A stretch of 35,594 bases of DNA, taken from the sequence record SRR31156797_2545; one strand, written 5' to 3'. The position numbers were made by a program, and so were the translations under genes. The notes below the pieces were generated by a model. That model worked only from the letters and a program-made list of their open reading frames with translations, made no database searches and was not told the DNA's origin. Shown here one piece after another: positions 16,643 to 25,602 of this stretch; within the stretch, counting starts at the first letter, position 1, and the number at the start of each line of letters is the position of its first letter.

Positions 16643-17560
16643 ATGTTTGTAAAACTTTTTATTTATTTATCATTAACTTTTGTCTATCTCTATTCTAATT
16701 CTGGCATCTTAATGCCTATCAAAGGTAAAGTCTCTTTAATACGAGATAGTAACCACCTTGAAGTGGTATCTAAAAAAGTCCTTCAAGAAGGGGATATAAT
16801 AGAAACATTCAATAATTCAGTAGCTAAATTACATTTTAGAGATAATACTCAAATAACTATTGGAAAAAACTCAAAATTTGCAATAAATGAATACTTATAT
16901 CAGGATAAAAAAACAAAAGCAGACTTTTCTGTTTTACAGGGAAGTTTTAAAGCGATCACTGGAAAAATATCAAAGCTTGCACCTGATAAATTTAAACTAA
17001 AACTTAAAAGTGCGAGTATAGGGATAAGGGGTACCGAATTTTATGGTGCTACTACTTCAAAAGATACTGAGAAAATCTTTTGTACAAAAGGTGCGATTTC
17101 TGTACAATCAAAAAATAAATTTAATCTCTCAGCAGGCTTTATGACTACTAATACTAATGGTACTCTCTCCAAACCAGAAAAGTTTGATAATAAAGCAATT
17201 GAAATTTTTGAACAAGAAAACTTTAACTTGAATAATACTACTATATATACAGACACAACTAGTGCTAATGTAGAACAAAATGGGATATCAAACACTACAG
17301 TTCAAACAAATGAGACAGATGGTTCAACAGGTAATGGAAAGGGATCAAATATTATTATCGATTCAAATGTAAAAAATATCCAAAATATTGTCAATGGATC
17401 TAATAATAGTTCAGAACAAAACATACATTCAACGATCATTTCAAATCGTGGAGAAGTGGAATATATCTATATAAAAGGGAAAGCAGAAGATGTATCAACT
17501 GTTATTTCAGGTTCAAATAATGCAGTAAAAACATCCATTGGAACTGTAGATGTTGAATAA
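16643..17560 (+). CDS. FecR-domain protein with a Thr/Asn linker and a C-terminal copy of the two-repeat module
   Basis: LQEGDIIET...AKLHFRDNTQITIGKNSKF...GSFKAITGKISK...ASIGIRGTEF is a typical FecR domain. The last 74 aa align without gaps to the mature 11961-12245 protein (35/74 identical by my count). Confidence 0.88.
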   Translation: MFVKLFIYLSLTFVYLYSNSGILMPIKGKVSLIRDSNHLEVVSKKVLQEGDIIETFNNSVAKLHFRDNTQITIGKNSKFAINEYLYQDKKTKADFSVLQGSFKAITGKISKLAPDKFKLKLKSASIGIRGTEFYGATTSKDTEKIFCTKGAISVQSKNKFNLSAGFMTTNTNGTLSKPEKFDNKAIEIFEQENFNLNNTTIYTDTTSANVEQNGISNTTVQTNETDGSTGNGKGSNIIIDSNVKNIQNIVNGSNNSSEQNIHSTIISNRGEVEYIYIKGKAEDVSTVISGSNNAVKTSIGTVDVE

Positions 17561-18641
17561 TACTTTTTATATAGAAGATGAATGGGAATACCACTCTTTA
17601 GAAACACATATCAATTCACTTGATACATTCTTTGAAAAAACAAATACTATTCAAGAAATAGTATTTAATTTTTCAAAACTCAAAAAAATAGACTCCTCAG
17701 GGATGGTTTTACTTATTAGATATATAAACCTTTTTAAACACAAAAATGTAAAAGTAAAGATAGAAGAGATCTCTGAAAAATATCAAAGTATGTTAGAACT
17801 GTATGAAGAAAACTATACTCATAAAGACTATACACCAGTAAAATCAGATAAAACCTTTTTATATGAAGTGGGAGAGGGTGCATCTTCTTACATTGAAGCT
17901 ACCAAGAACTTCCTTACTTTTATAGGAAAAGTTTTTATTATGTTCTTATACTCATTAAAACATCCTAGTAAGATTAGACTTAAAGCGACTATTGCTCAGA
18001 TGGATATAGCTGCAATTCAAATCCTTCCTATTACAGCTCTTGCTCTTTTTCTTGTAGGGTTTGTAACAGCCTATCAAGGAGCAGAACAGCTTGCAGGTTT
18101 TGGGGCATCTATTATTGTTATTGAGATGTCTACCATGGCTATGTTTCGAGAACTAGCTCCTTTTTTAGCTGCCGTTATTGTAGCAGGTCGTAGTGCTTCT
18201 TCCTTTACTGCTCAAATTGGAACTATGAAGATCACTGAAGAGGTAAGTGCCATGAAAACAATGGGCTTAGAAGTGGATCACTTTTTATTTATCCCAAGAA
18301 TTGTAGCTCTTATTATTGTGATGCCTTTAATTGTTTTCTTTGCAGATATGGCAGCAATGCTTGGAGAGATGGTTATCGTAAAAATCCATCTTGGGATTCC
18401 CTTTTCACAATTCATCGATAGAGTTTATGAATATATGGAGATACGACATATCCTTTTAGGAATTTTAAAAGCTCCTCTTTTTGGGCTTCTTATTGCGATC
18501 ATTGGATGCTACAGAGGGATGCAGGTACAAAAAGGGACAGATATTGGAAGATATACAACAAAAGCCGTTGTGGACTCTATTTTTTGGCTTATTATAATTA
18601 ATGCTATTATCTCTCTTCTTTCTATTAAGCTAGGGTTTTAA
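17550..18641 (+). CDS. mlaE: MlaE-family lipid ABC transporter permease with an N-terminal STAS domain
   Basis: FSKLKKIDSSG STAS motif; RELAPFLAAVIVAGRSASSFTAQIGTMKITEEVSAMKTMG. Confidence 0.92.
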   Translation: MLNNTFYIEDEWEYHSLETHINSLDTFFEKTNTIQEIVFNFSKLKKIDSSGMVLLIRYINLFKHKNVKVKIEEISEKYQSMLELYEENYTHKDYTPVKSDKTFLYEVGEGASSYIEATKNFLTFIGKVFIMFLYSLKHPSKIRLKATIAQMDIAAIQILPITALALFLVGFVTAYQGAEQLAGFGASIIVIEMSTMAMFRELAPFLAAVIVAGRSASSFTAQIGTMKITEEVSAMKTMGLEVDHFLFIPRIVALIIVMPLIVFFADMAAMLGEMVIVKIHLGIPFSQFIDRVYEYMEIRHILLGILKAPLFGLLIAIIGCYRGMQVQKGTDIGRYTTKAVVDSIFWLIIINAIISLLSIKLGF

Positions 18642-18642
18642 G

Positions 18643-19371
18643 ATGATAAAAGTAAATAATCTTTCTACCTCATTTGGCAAAAAAGTTGTCCATGATAGTA
18701 TCTCTTTAGAGATTGAACAAGGGGAGATCTATGGAATACTAGGAGGGAGTGGGAGTGGAAAAACCACACTACTTCGACAAATGATCATGCTAGATCCTAT
18801 CCAAAAAGGGGAGATCGATATCTTAGGATATAATATCTCAAAACTAAAATATAAAGAGCGTGATCTGATAAAAAAACAATGGGGAATCCTTTTTCAATTT
18901 GGAGCGCTTTTTTCTTCTCTGAATGTATTAGAAAATATCGGGTTTTTATTGAAAGAGAATAGTAAATTACCACAAAGTTTAATTGATGATATTGCCTATA
19001 CGAAACTAAAAATGGTAGGTCTTGATCCTGATGTAGGAAGACTTTATCCTGAAGAGCTTAGTGGTGGGATGAAAAAACGTGTGGCAATTGCTAGAAGTTT
19101 GGCACTTGATCCAAAAATTCTATTTTTAGATGAACCAACTTCAGGACTAGATCCAGTAAGTGCTAAAGCTTTTGATAATCTTATATTAGAACTTCGTGAT
19201 ATGCTTGATATCACTGTTGTAGTAATCACCCATGAACTTAATACTATAAAATCTGTTCTAGATAGGTTTTGCATCATATATAAAGGTGACCTTCTAATGA
19301 CTGGGGACTTCAATGATGCTTTAAATCAAAATAATGATATAATTGATAAGTTTTTAAAAATTCAAAGGTAA
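18643..19371 (+). CDS. mlaF: MlaF-family ABC ATPase
   Basis: GGSGSGKTT, LFQFGALFSSLNV, YPEELSGGMKKRVAIARSLALDP, DEPTSGLDP. Confidence 0.92.
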   Translation: MIKVNNLSTSFGKKVVHDSISLEIEQGEIYGILGGSGSGKTTLLRQMIMLDPIQKGEIDILGYNISKLKYKERDLIKKQWGILFQFGALFSSLNVLENIGFLLKENSKLPQSLIDDIAYTKLKMVGLDPDVGRLYPEELSGGMKKRVAIARSLALDPKILFLDEPTSGLDPVSAKAFDNLILELRDMLDITVVVITHELNTIKSVLDRFCIIYKGDLLMTGDFNDALNQNNDIIDKFLKIQR

Positions 19372-19376
19372 TCGAG

Positions 19377-20282
19377 TTGGAAAATAAAGCACGTTATACA
19401 ATTGTTGGTCTTTTTTTAGTTCTCTTTAGTGTTGCTATGGTGATGTTTATCTTATGGCAAGCAAGATATACATTTGAAGAGCAAAAAAAATATGAATATA
19501 GACTTTATAGCACCTCGAGTGTAGGTGGACTTAAAGTAAACTCTTTTGTAGAATATAAAGGGTTAACTATAGGAACAATAGATGCTATAGATATTGATCC
19601 TAATAATACTGAGAATATAGAGATTATTTTAAAGGTCACTAATCCAAAAGTTATCAAAGAAAATAGTTATGCAACGATTCAATCTCAAGGGATCACTGGA
19701 AATAAATATATAGAGATAGATGGGGGAACTGATAGTGCAACCTCCCTTATTCCAAAAGAGGATAGTTTTATCATTATTCCTTTACAAGATTCTTTTTTAG
19801 ATACCCTTACCAGCGAAGCTGGAGATATCACTAAAAACATCAATAAAACTCTTAATAATGTGAATATGCTTTTAAATCCTGAAAATATAAAAAAGATTAA
19901 TCAGATTCTTCATAATGTACAAGATAGTACTAATTCAATTGAGCCTTTATTTGATAATCTCAATACAACGATCACACACCTTAATACTCTTTTAGAAAAA
20001 AATGCTCCAAATACACTCAAAGGAGTTGATACAGTAACAGAAGAATGGACAGATTTAGCTTTGCAGATCAAAACCTTACTCAACGAAGATATTAAAAAAC
20101 TTTTAGCTCTTACAAGCAAAACTTTACAAGAGAGCTCAGGTATAGAAAATGTGATCACAAATATCGATACCACTTTAGAAAAAGTCAATTCAACTCTTGA
20201 TACTCTGAATGAAAATGGTGGAGATATGATCTTTAAAACAAGAGGAATAAAATATGGACCACAGGAGCATATAGATGAATAG
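19377..20282 (+). CDS. mlaD: MlaD/MCE-domain protein
   Basis: MENKARYTIVGLF TM; SVGGLKVNSFVEYKGLTIG MCE motif; QGITGNKYIEI; helical tail. Confidence 0.9.
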   Translation: MENKARYTIVGLFLVLFSVAMVMFILWQARYTFEEQKKYEYRLYSTSSVGGLKVNSFVEYKGLTIGTIDAIDIDPNNTENIEIILKVTNPKVIKENSYATIQSQGITGNKYIEIDGGTDSATSLIPKEDSFIIIPLQDSFLDTLTSEAGDITKNINKTLNNVNMLLNPENIKKINQILHNVQDSTNSIEPLFDNLNTTITHLNTLLEKNAPNTLKGVDTVTEEWTDLALQIKTLLNEDIKKLLALTSKTLQESSGIENVITNIDTTLEKVNSTLDTLNENGGDMIFKTRGIKYGPQEHIDE

Positions 20283-20871
20283 ATTACATACTTTAGTTTT
20301 TATACTTATTAGCTTTATATTTAGTGGATGTGTTTCTGTTACCCAAGAACTCCCAGCTTTTACAACCTATACTATCTCTTTAGAAAAGAGTGATCTAAAA
20401 ATGGAAGAAAGAAATAAAAAAGAATACTCTATAGAGATCACTGAACCAAAGGCTTTAAATAGTGTAAATTCAAAACTTATATCTTATCTAAAACAAAACT
20501 ATCAAAATGAAACCTATGCGTTAAATAGATGGAGTGATACCCCAACTAAACTCCTACAAAATATGATGGTACAATATTTAAACTCCACGGATCAATACAA
20601 ATATATCACTAGTTCTAAACTTAATATCAACACAAGCTATAAAATAATTAGTGAACTTGATAGTTTTGGACAAGTTTTTGAAAATGGCACTTCCTATGCA
20701 AAACTTGATATAAGAGTTTATCTAGTAGATTATAAAAATGTATTCACCAAAAGGTTTGAATATAAAGAAAAATGTGATGAAAATAATGCAGTTGGTTCTG
20801 TAAAAGCTTTAAATGAGATCTCTAATCTATTTGTAAAAGATCTTCATAACTGGATAGAAAAACAACTCTAA
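20275..20871 (+). CDS. ABC-type transport auxiliary lipoprotein (PqiC-like)
   Basis: Lipobox FSG-C; YALNRWSDTPTKLLQ motif; located directly after the MCE gene. Confidence 0.85.
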   Translation: MNRLHTLVFILISFIFSGCVSVTQELPAFTTYTISLEKSDLKMEERNKKEYSIEITEPKALNSVNSKLISYLKQNYQNETYALNRWSDTPTKLLQNMMVQYLNSTDQYKYITSSKLNINTSYKIISELDSFGQVFENGTSYAKLDIRVYLVDYKNVFTKRFEYKEKCDENNAVGSVKALNEISNLFVKDLHNWIEKQL

Positions 20872-20875
20872 ACTT

Positions 20876-20901
20876 TAACTTTTCTTCTAAAAGAAAAGTT
20901 A
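20876..20901 (+). terminator. Stem-loop after the mla operon
   Basis: TAACTTTTCTT-ctaa-AAGAAAAGTTA, an 11-bp AT-rich stem 5 bp after the stop codon. Confidence 0.5.
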
Positions 20902-20971
20902 CTTTCCCATTTAACAAAAATTATTATACTTACTTTGCTATAATCCCTCACTAAAAATCAAAGGATATATT

Positions 20972-21289
20972 ATGACTTCCATTTTATTAGAATTCTCTAT
21001 GTTTCCAACTGATGTTGGAGAGAGTAAAAGTGCTTATGTAAGTGAAGTGGTAAAGTGTGTGCGTGACAGTGGTTATGATTATCAGCTTACACCCATGGCT
21101 ACTATTGTTGAGTGTCCCAGTATGTCTGAGGCTTTAAACTTGGTAAAAGAGTGTTATGAGATCTTAGAGGCAAAAGATTGTAATAGAATCTACTCTGTAT
21201 TAAAATTTGATATTAGAAAAGGGAAAGAAAATAGACTTGTTGAAAAGATCAAATCTGTTGAAGATCATATTGGCGAAGTAAATAAATAA
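20972..21289 (+). CDS. MTH1187/thiamine-binding protein family (UPF0045)
   Basis: EFSMFPTDVGESKSAYV, YQLTPMATIVE, KFDIR...LVEKIKSVE. Confidence 0.9.
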   Translation: MTSILLEFSMFPTDVGESKSAYVSEVVKCVRDSGYDYQLTPMATIVECPSMSEALNLVKECYEILEAKDCNRIYSVLKFDIRKGKENRLVEKIKSVEDHIGEVNK

Positions 21290-21299
21290 AACTTTTATC

Positions 21300-23099
21300 T
21301 TATAGTGATAGTTCTATAAAGAACTTCGCACCATTTTCACTATTCTTTACATATAGTTTTCCATGTAAAGATTCAGTGATAATTCTATAACTCATATGAA
21401 GACCTAGTCCTGTACCCTGTGATTGATGTTTTGTGGTAAAATATGGATCAAAAATTCTTGGCATAATACTCTTTTCAATACCACCTCCATTATCTTCAAT
21501 GGTTACTCTTAATATAGTACTTTCTTGTTCTAACTCCAATTTTATCCAAGGATTCATAATTTTCTTTTCAATTAATACATCTTTAGAGTTATTAATAATA
21601 TTCATAATAACTTGTGTAAACTCCCCCTCTAACATCTTGATTCGAATGAAATTTGTATAATCTATATTATTAATAAGTTCTATATTATTATTTTTTAAAG
21701 TCGCTTTCATAATAGTCAATGCATTATCAATACAATTTTGAATAATCACTTCTTTTGATTCTTTATTTCCTCTAATAAAATTTCTAAAAGTATCAATTGT
21801 ATTTGAAAGATATTGTGCGCTTTCATTGATATTTTTTATATTCTCTTCTATCAACTCATCACTTAACTCACCATAATCTTTTTGAAGTTTCATTCCAGTT
21901 GCAGCAACTGTGATTACACTAAGAGGTTGTCTCCATTGATGAGCGATATTCCCTATCATTTCGCCTAGAGCTGCTAGTCTTGATTGTTGCTCTAATGTGG
22001 AAAGTTGTTCTTTGTTTTTTGAGAGTTCTACTGCTATTCTTTCTTCTAAAGAATCATTTAACTCTTGTAACTCTTTGGTTTTTTCACTCACATTTTTCTC
22101 TAAAAGTTCTTCATAACGTTTAGATTCTGTGATATCTTTAAAAACAACAACCGCACCTGTTGCACCTACAGGAGCAACTGTTATTGACATAGGAATAAAT
22201 TTACCATCTTTTGTGATAAAATGTTCTGTAGAATGTCTCACTTGCTTATCTCTTAAAGTTTTATATATAGGACACTCTTCCTCTGGGTAAACGTTACCAT
22301 CTAGACTATGATGATGAAATAGATGATGTTGATGAGTATTTAATATCTCATCTTCATTATATTTCAAAAGATCAAGACCCACTTTATTAATAAAAGTACA
22401 AAACCCTCTTTCATCCACTCCATATATACCATCTCCTATGGCATCGATCATTGTAGCCCTATCTATAATAAGCTCTTGCTCTTTTTTTACAGCTTCAAGC
22501 TTAAGGTTTATAAGCTGATCTTGTTGATCTTGTAAAAGTACAAAAGACTTTCTAAGATAAAGCATATTTCCGAGCATAATAAGAAGTAACAAACCGCTTG
22601 AAACCATCATTAATACCACAATATTATCAATAGATTCTATTTGTTTTTGATCTAGCATTTTATTTAAATTTTTCATCTCTTCACGTAGTTTATTATGCTT
22701 CTCTTGAGAAATGAGATAAGCTTTTCTTGCTTCTTGTAATCTGTTTTCAAGTAAAATAGATGTTGTTTCCACTGCATGTTTAAAAAACTCTATATAAAGA
22801 GTCTTTATCTTATCTACATCAAAACCTGCATTATTTAAATACAATAATCTATCAATTGCTCTATTTGATGCTATTGCAGCATTTGAAAGTAAATAATCAT
22901 CTCTAAGATTAAAACTCAATTGCAGATTTTCACTCACTTCATTAATCTCATTTGAAAAAGAAGATATCTGTTGCTTTTGTAAAATGATTTTACTGAGATC
23001 ATCATTTAACACTCGATAAATAATAAAAAATGTACTAATTACAAAGCCTACAACAATAATATTTGATATCACTATTTTTGTAAAGAATTTGCTATTCAT
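21300..23099 (-). CDS. Membrane PAS-domain sensor histidine kinase
   Basis: Two TMs, PAS (GIYGVDERGFCTFIN...YPEEECPI), H-box GEMIGNIAHQWRQPL, N-box NIINNSKD, DNGGG, FDPYFTTK, GTGLGL. Confidence 0.95.
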   Translation of the reverse strand: MNSKFFTKIVISNIIVVGFVISTFFIIYRVLNDDLSKIILQKQQISSFSNEINEVSENLQLSFNLRDDYLLSNAAIASNRAIDRLLYLNNAGFDVDKIKTLYIEFFKHAVETTSILLENRLQEARKAYLISQEKHNKLREEMKNLNKMLDQKQIESIDNIVVLMMVSSGLLLLIMLGNMLYLRKSFVLLQDQQDQLINLKLEAVKKEQELIIDRATMIDAIGDGIYGVDERGFCTFINKVGLDLLKYNEDEILNTHQHHLFHHHSLDGNVYPEEECPIYKTLRDKQVRHSTEHFITKDGKFIPMSITVAPVGATGAVVVFKDITESKRYEELLEKNVSEKTKELQELNDSLEERIAVELSKNKEQLSTLEQQSRLAALGEMIGNIAHQWRQPLSVITVAATGMKLQKDYGELSDELIEENIKNINESAQYLSNTIDTFRNFIRGNKESKEVIIQNCIDNALTIMKATLKNNNIELINNIDYTNFIRIKMLEGEFTQVIMNIINNSKDVLIEKKIMNPWIKLELEQESTILRVTIEDNGGGIEKSIMPRIFDPYFTTKHQSQGTGLGLHMSYRIITESLHGKLYVKNSENGAKFFIELSL

Positions 23100-23922
23100 T
23101 TATTTTAGCCCTGATAAATACATTTGTTTCAACTACACTTTGAGCATATTTTCCAAGTAACCAGTGTGAAAACTTTTTAGCTTCAATATTCTCTTTGTCA
23201 TACACAACATTTAATTCTAACCTAATTAAATACTCATTATTAATTATTGTCTTAATAGTAGGAGTTACATTATCAAGCTGAAGAATTTTTATTGGCATAT
23301 TATTTTTAATACTTTGGGTTGCTGCACCAAAAGATATAAAAGCAATCACATTTCTAAGTCCTCCAGTCCAAACAAGAGAATCATTATTTCCTCTAGCATC
23401 CCAAGCAGTAGGTAGAACCATTTTTGAACTGTATCTATTATTTTTATCCAATGGATGATAAAGATCAAAAACAGTCGAAAAGTTTTGCATTGTTCCACGC
23501 TCAGGGTCTTTTGAAATTAGGATTATCTCATCATTTATATTTGTTAAACTATTCCAATTTTTGATTTTTCCACTAAAAATATCTTTGATCTGTTTTGAAG
23601 TGATTGATTCAAGAGGATTTTGTTCATTTACTATAAAGACTAATGAATCATAGGCTATAGTTACATATTCAACATCTGCTTTCTCTTCTTCAAAAAGAGC
23701 CCTATTCATCATTCCTATATCTGCTTTTTTTGATTTTACTGAGTCTATACCTAGTTTTGTTCCACCACCTTGAATATTTAAAAGGATACCTGTCTCTTTT
23801 TTATACTGTTCAGCTACTTGTTCAATAATAGGTTGTACAGTAGTTGCACCAACTACAGAAAGTCTTGAAGCAGCATCTAAATAACAATAAAAAAAGAGAA
23901 ACAGTAAAAGTATACTTTTCAT
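23092..23922 (-). CDS. PstS-like phosphate-binding-family periplasmic protein
   Basis: GATTVQP, IQGGGTKLGI, ADIGMMNR, IAYDSLVFIVN, IFSGKIKNW; overlaps the kinase start by 8 bp; no pstCAB nearby. Confidence 0.85.
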   Translation of the reverse strand: MKSILLLFLFFYCYLDAASRLSVVGATTVQPIIEQVAEQYKKETGILLNIQGGGTKLGIDSVKSKKADIGMMNRALFEEEKADVEYVTIAYDSLVFIVNEQNPLESITSKQIKDIFSGKIKNWNSLTNINDEIILISKDPERGTMQNFSTVFDLYHPLDKNNRYSSKMVLPTAWDARGNNDSLVWTGGLRNVIAFISFGAATQSIKNNMPIKILQLDNVTPTIKTIINNEYLIRLELNVVYDKENIEAKKFSHWLLGKYAQSVVETNVFIRAKINE

Positions 23923-23999
23923 CTTAGCCCCCGTAATACTTATATTGTACTATAATAAATTTTTACTTTACCTAAATATTACTTTTGGCTCATTTTTAA

Positions 24000-24452
24000 T
24001 TATACGAGTTTTTCTATCTGCCTTTCATTAACAACTTTTATCCCATTATCTATTAAAAGTTTTATAGTCACTCCAAATCCATCTATTCTCGAACTTGTAA
24101 AGGTACCATCATTAACTTGTGTATTTGAACAAGATGGGGAGTTTTCTTTCATAAGAGCTTTTTTAATATTATATTTATTACACAACTCTAAAGTTTTATT
24201 TGCTCCTAGTATAAACTCTGATGTTTTATCAAATCCCTCTTTATTGATAACCTTGATAGGTTCATGAGAAATTATTTCACATGGAGTTCTAGGAGTTGGC
24301 ATACCTCCTTCCACTTCAGGACAAAAAGGATATATCTTATACTTTTTATAAAGTTTATCTATGATCTCTTGCTCAAACCCATTATGAGACCCATTATATT
24401 TTACTAATTCACCCAGTAAACAACTACTTACTAATAACTTTTCTTTCTCCAT
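24000..24452 (-). CDS. DUF523 / 2-thiouracil desulfurase family protein
   Basis: VSSCLLGELVKYNG, CPEVEGGMPTPR, KENSPSC, DGTF...G.GVT. I moved the start to the ATG at 24452 (GGAG RBS) because the longer ORF start lies inside a terminator. Confidence 0.9.
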   Translation of the reverse strand: MEKEKLLVSSCLLGELVKYNGSHNGFEQEIIDKLYKKYKIYPFCPEVEGGMPTPRTPCEIISHEPIKVINKEGFDKTSEFILGANKTLELCNKYNIKKALMKENSPSCSNTQVNDGTFTSSRIDGFGVTIKLLIDNGIKVVNERQIEKLV

Positions 24453-24463
24453 TTTTTCTCCAT

Positions 24464-24493
24464 AAAAAAACCCCAGCAAAATTGCTGGGGTTT
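24464..24493 (-). terminator. Rho-independent terminator of the por operon
   Basis: AAACCCCAGCAA-aa-TTGCTGGGGTTT stem with a T7 tract on the minus strand. Confidence 0.85.
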
Positions 24494-24508
24494 AAAACAC
24501 AAATCTCC

Positions 24509-24610
24509 AAATTTTATTTAAACAAAGAGAAAAGTGTGTTTGACGAAGGAGTTTACTCATAGTAAATGACTGAGGAAATAAACTCTTTTATCAAAGTTTA
24601 AATAAAATTT
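24509..24610. repeat. 102-bp imperfect palindromic element (REP/MITE-like)
   Basis: Perfect 15-bp terminal inverted repeats AAATTTTATTTAAAC (24509-24523) / GTTTAAATAAAATTT (24596-24610), imperfect inner arms and a central TTTACT-cat-AGTAAA hairpin. Confidence 0.65.
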
Positions 24611-25587
24611 TAAACTTTAGCTTCCTCTCTTCTTTGTAAATACTCCCACTGAGCATCAACTCTTTTTTGCCACTCTTCAATTAGATATTCATTTTCTGCT
24701 TTGAATAAGTGTTTAAATCTTGGTTGAACCCCTAAGTAATCTCTTACAGGAACAATATTTTTTGGTCTGTAAGTGATATTTAACTCTTTTCCATCAATGA
24801 TCTCATATAATGGAAATACTAATGAATCAGTAGCCATATCAGATACTTCGATTGTTTGGTGAATTGGAAATTTCCACTCAGTTGTACAAGCAGACATAGC
24901 ATTGATATATACTGGTCCTTTTGTATCAAAACCTTTTTGGATCTTTTTCACCATATCTTTCCATTTATTTGGAGCAACTTGTGCTACATAAGGAGATCCA
25001 TGAGCTGCCATGATAGCAAGCATATCTTTTTTGTTTTGTTTTTCACCATATGAATGTGATCCTGCTGGAGTAGTAGTTGCACTTGCCCCAATAGGTGTAG
25101 CTGATGATCTTTGACCACCAGTATTTGCATATACTTCATTATCAAGACATACATACATCATGTCATGACCTCTTTCAAAACATCCGCTTATCCATTGGAA
25201 ACCAATATCATAAGTTGCACCATCTCCACCAAAAGCTACAAATTTTGGCTCTGGCTCATCAGCTTTGATTCTTCCTTTTGCTCTAAGCGCTTTATTTGCA
25301 GTCTCAGCTCCAGCAATTGCTGTAGAAGAGTTCTCAAATCCAATATGGATCCATGAACAATCCCATGAAGTGTGTGGATAGATAGCTGTACAAACCTCTA
25401 AACATCCAGTTGCAGCTGATACTACTAAGTTATCATTTGTTGCATTTAAGATCTCTCTTACAATAATAGAGTGCGCACATCCTGGACAAAGTACGTGAGC
25501 CCCTTCAAATCTCTCAGCCGCAGTAGAGAAAGTCTTAAGATTCTTGATCTGCTTATTTCCTTGCGGTTTATTTAATAAACTACTCAT
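24610..25587 (-). CDS. porB: Pyruvate:ferredoxin/flavodoxin oxidoreductase beta subunit
   Basis: LCPGCAH, ATGCLEV, TPP-binding GGDGATYDIG...DNEVYANTGGQRS. Confidence 0.95.
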   Translation of the reverse strand: MSSLLNKPQGNKQIKNLKTFSTAAERFEGAHVLCPGCAHSIIVREILNATNDNLVVSAATGCLEVCTAIYPHTSWDCSWIHIGFENSSTAIAGAETANKALRAKGRIKADEPEPKFVAFGGDGATYDIGFQWISGCFERGHDMMYVCLDNEVYANTGGQRSSATPIGASATTTPAGSHSYGEKQNKKDMLAIMAAHGSPYVAQVAPNKWKDMVKKIQKGFDTKGPVYINAMSACTTEWKFPIHQTIEVSDMATDSLVFPLYEIIDGKELNITYRPKNIVPVRDYLGVQPRFKHLFKAENEYLIEEWQKRVDAQWEYLQRREEAKV

Positions 25588-25602
25588 TTTCTATCCTTAT
25601 CC

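Noticed and set aside
4291-17560. Cluster as a mobile genomic island
   Set aside because: No integrase, transposase, tRNA or flanking direct repeat is visible, and composition looks similar to the flanks by eye.
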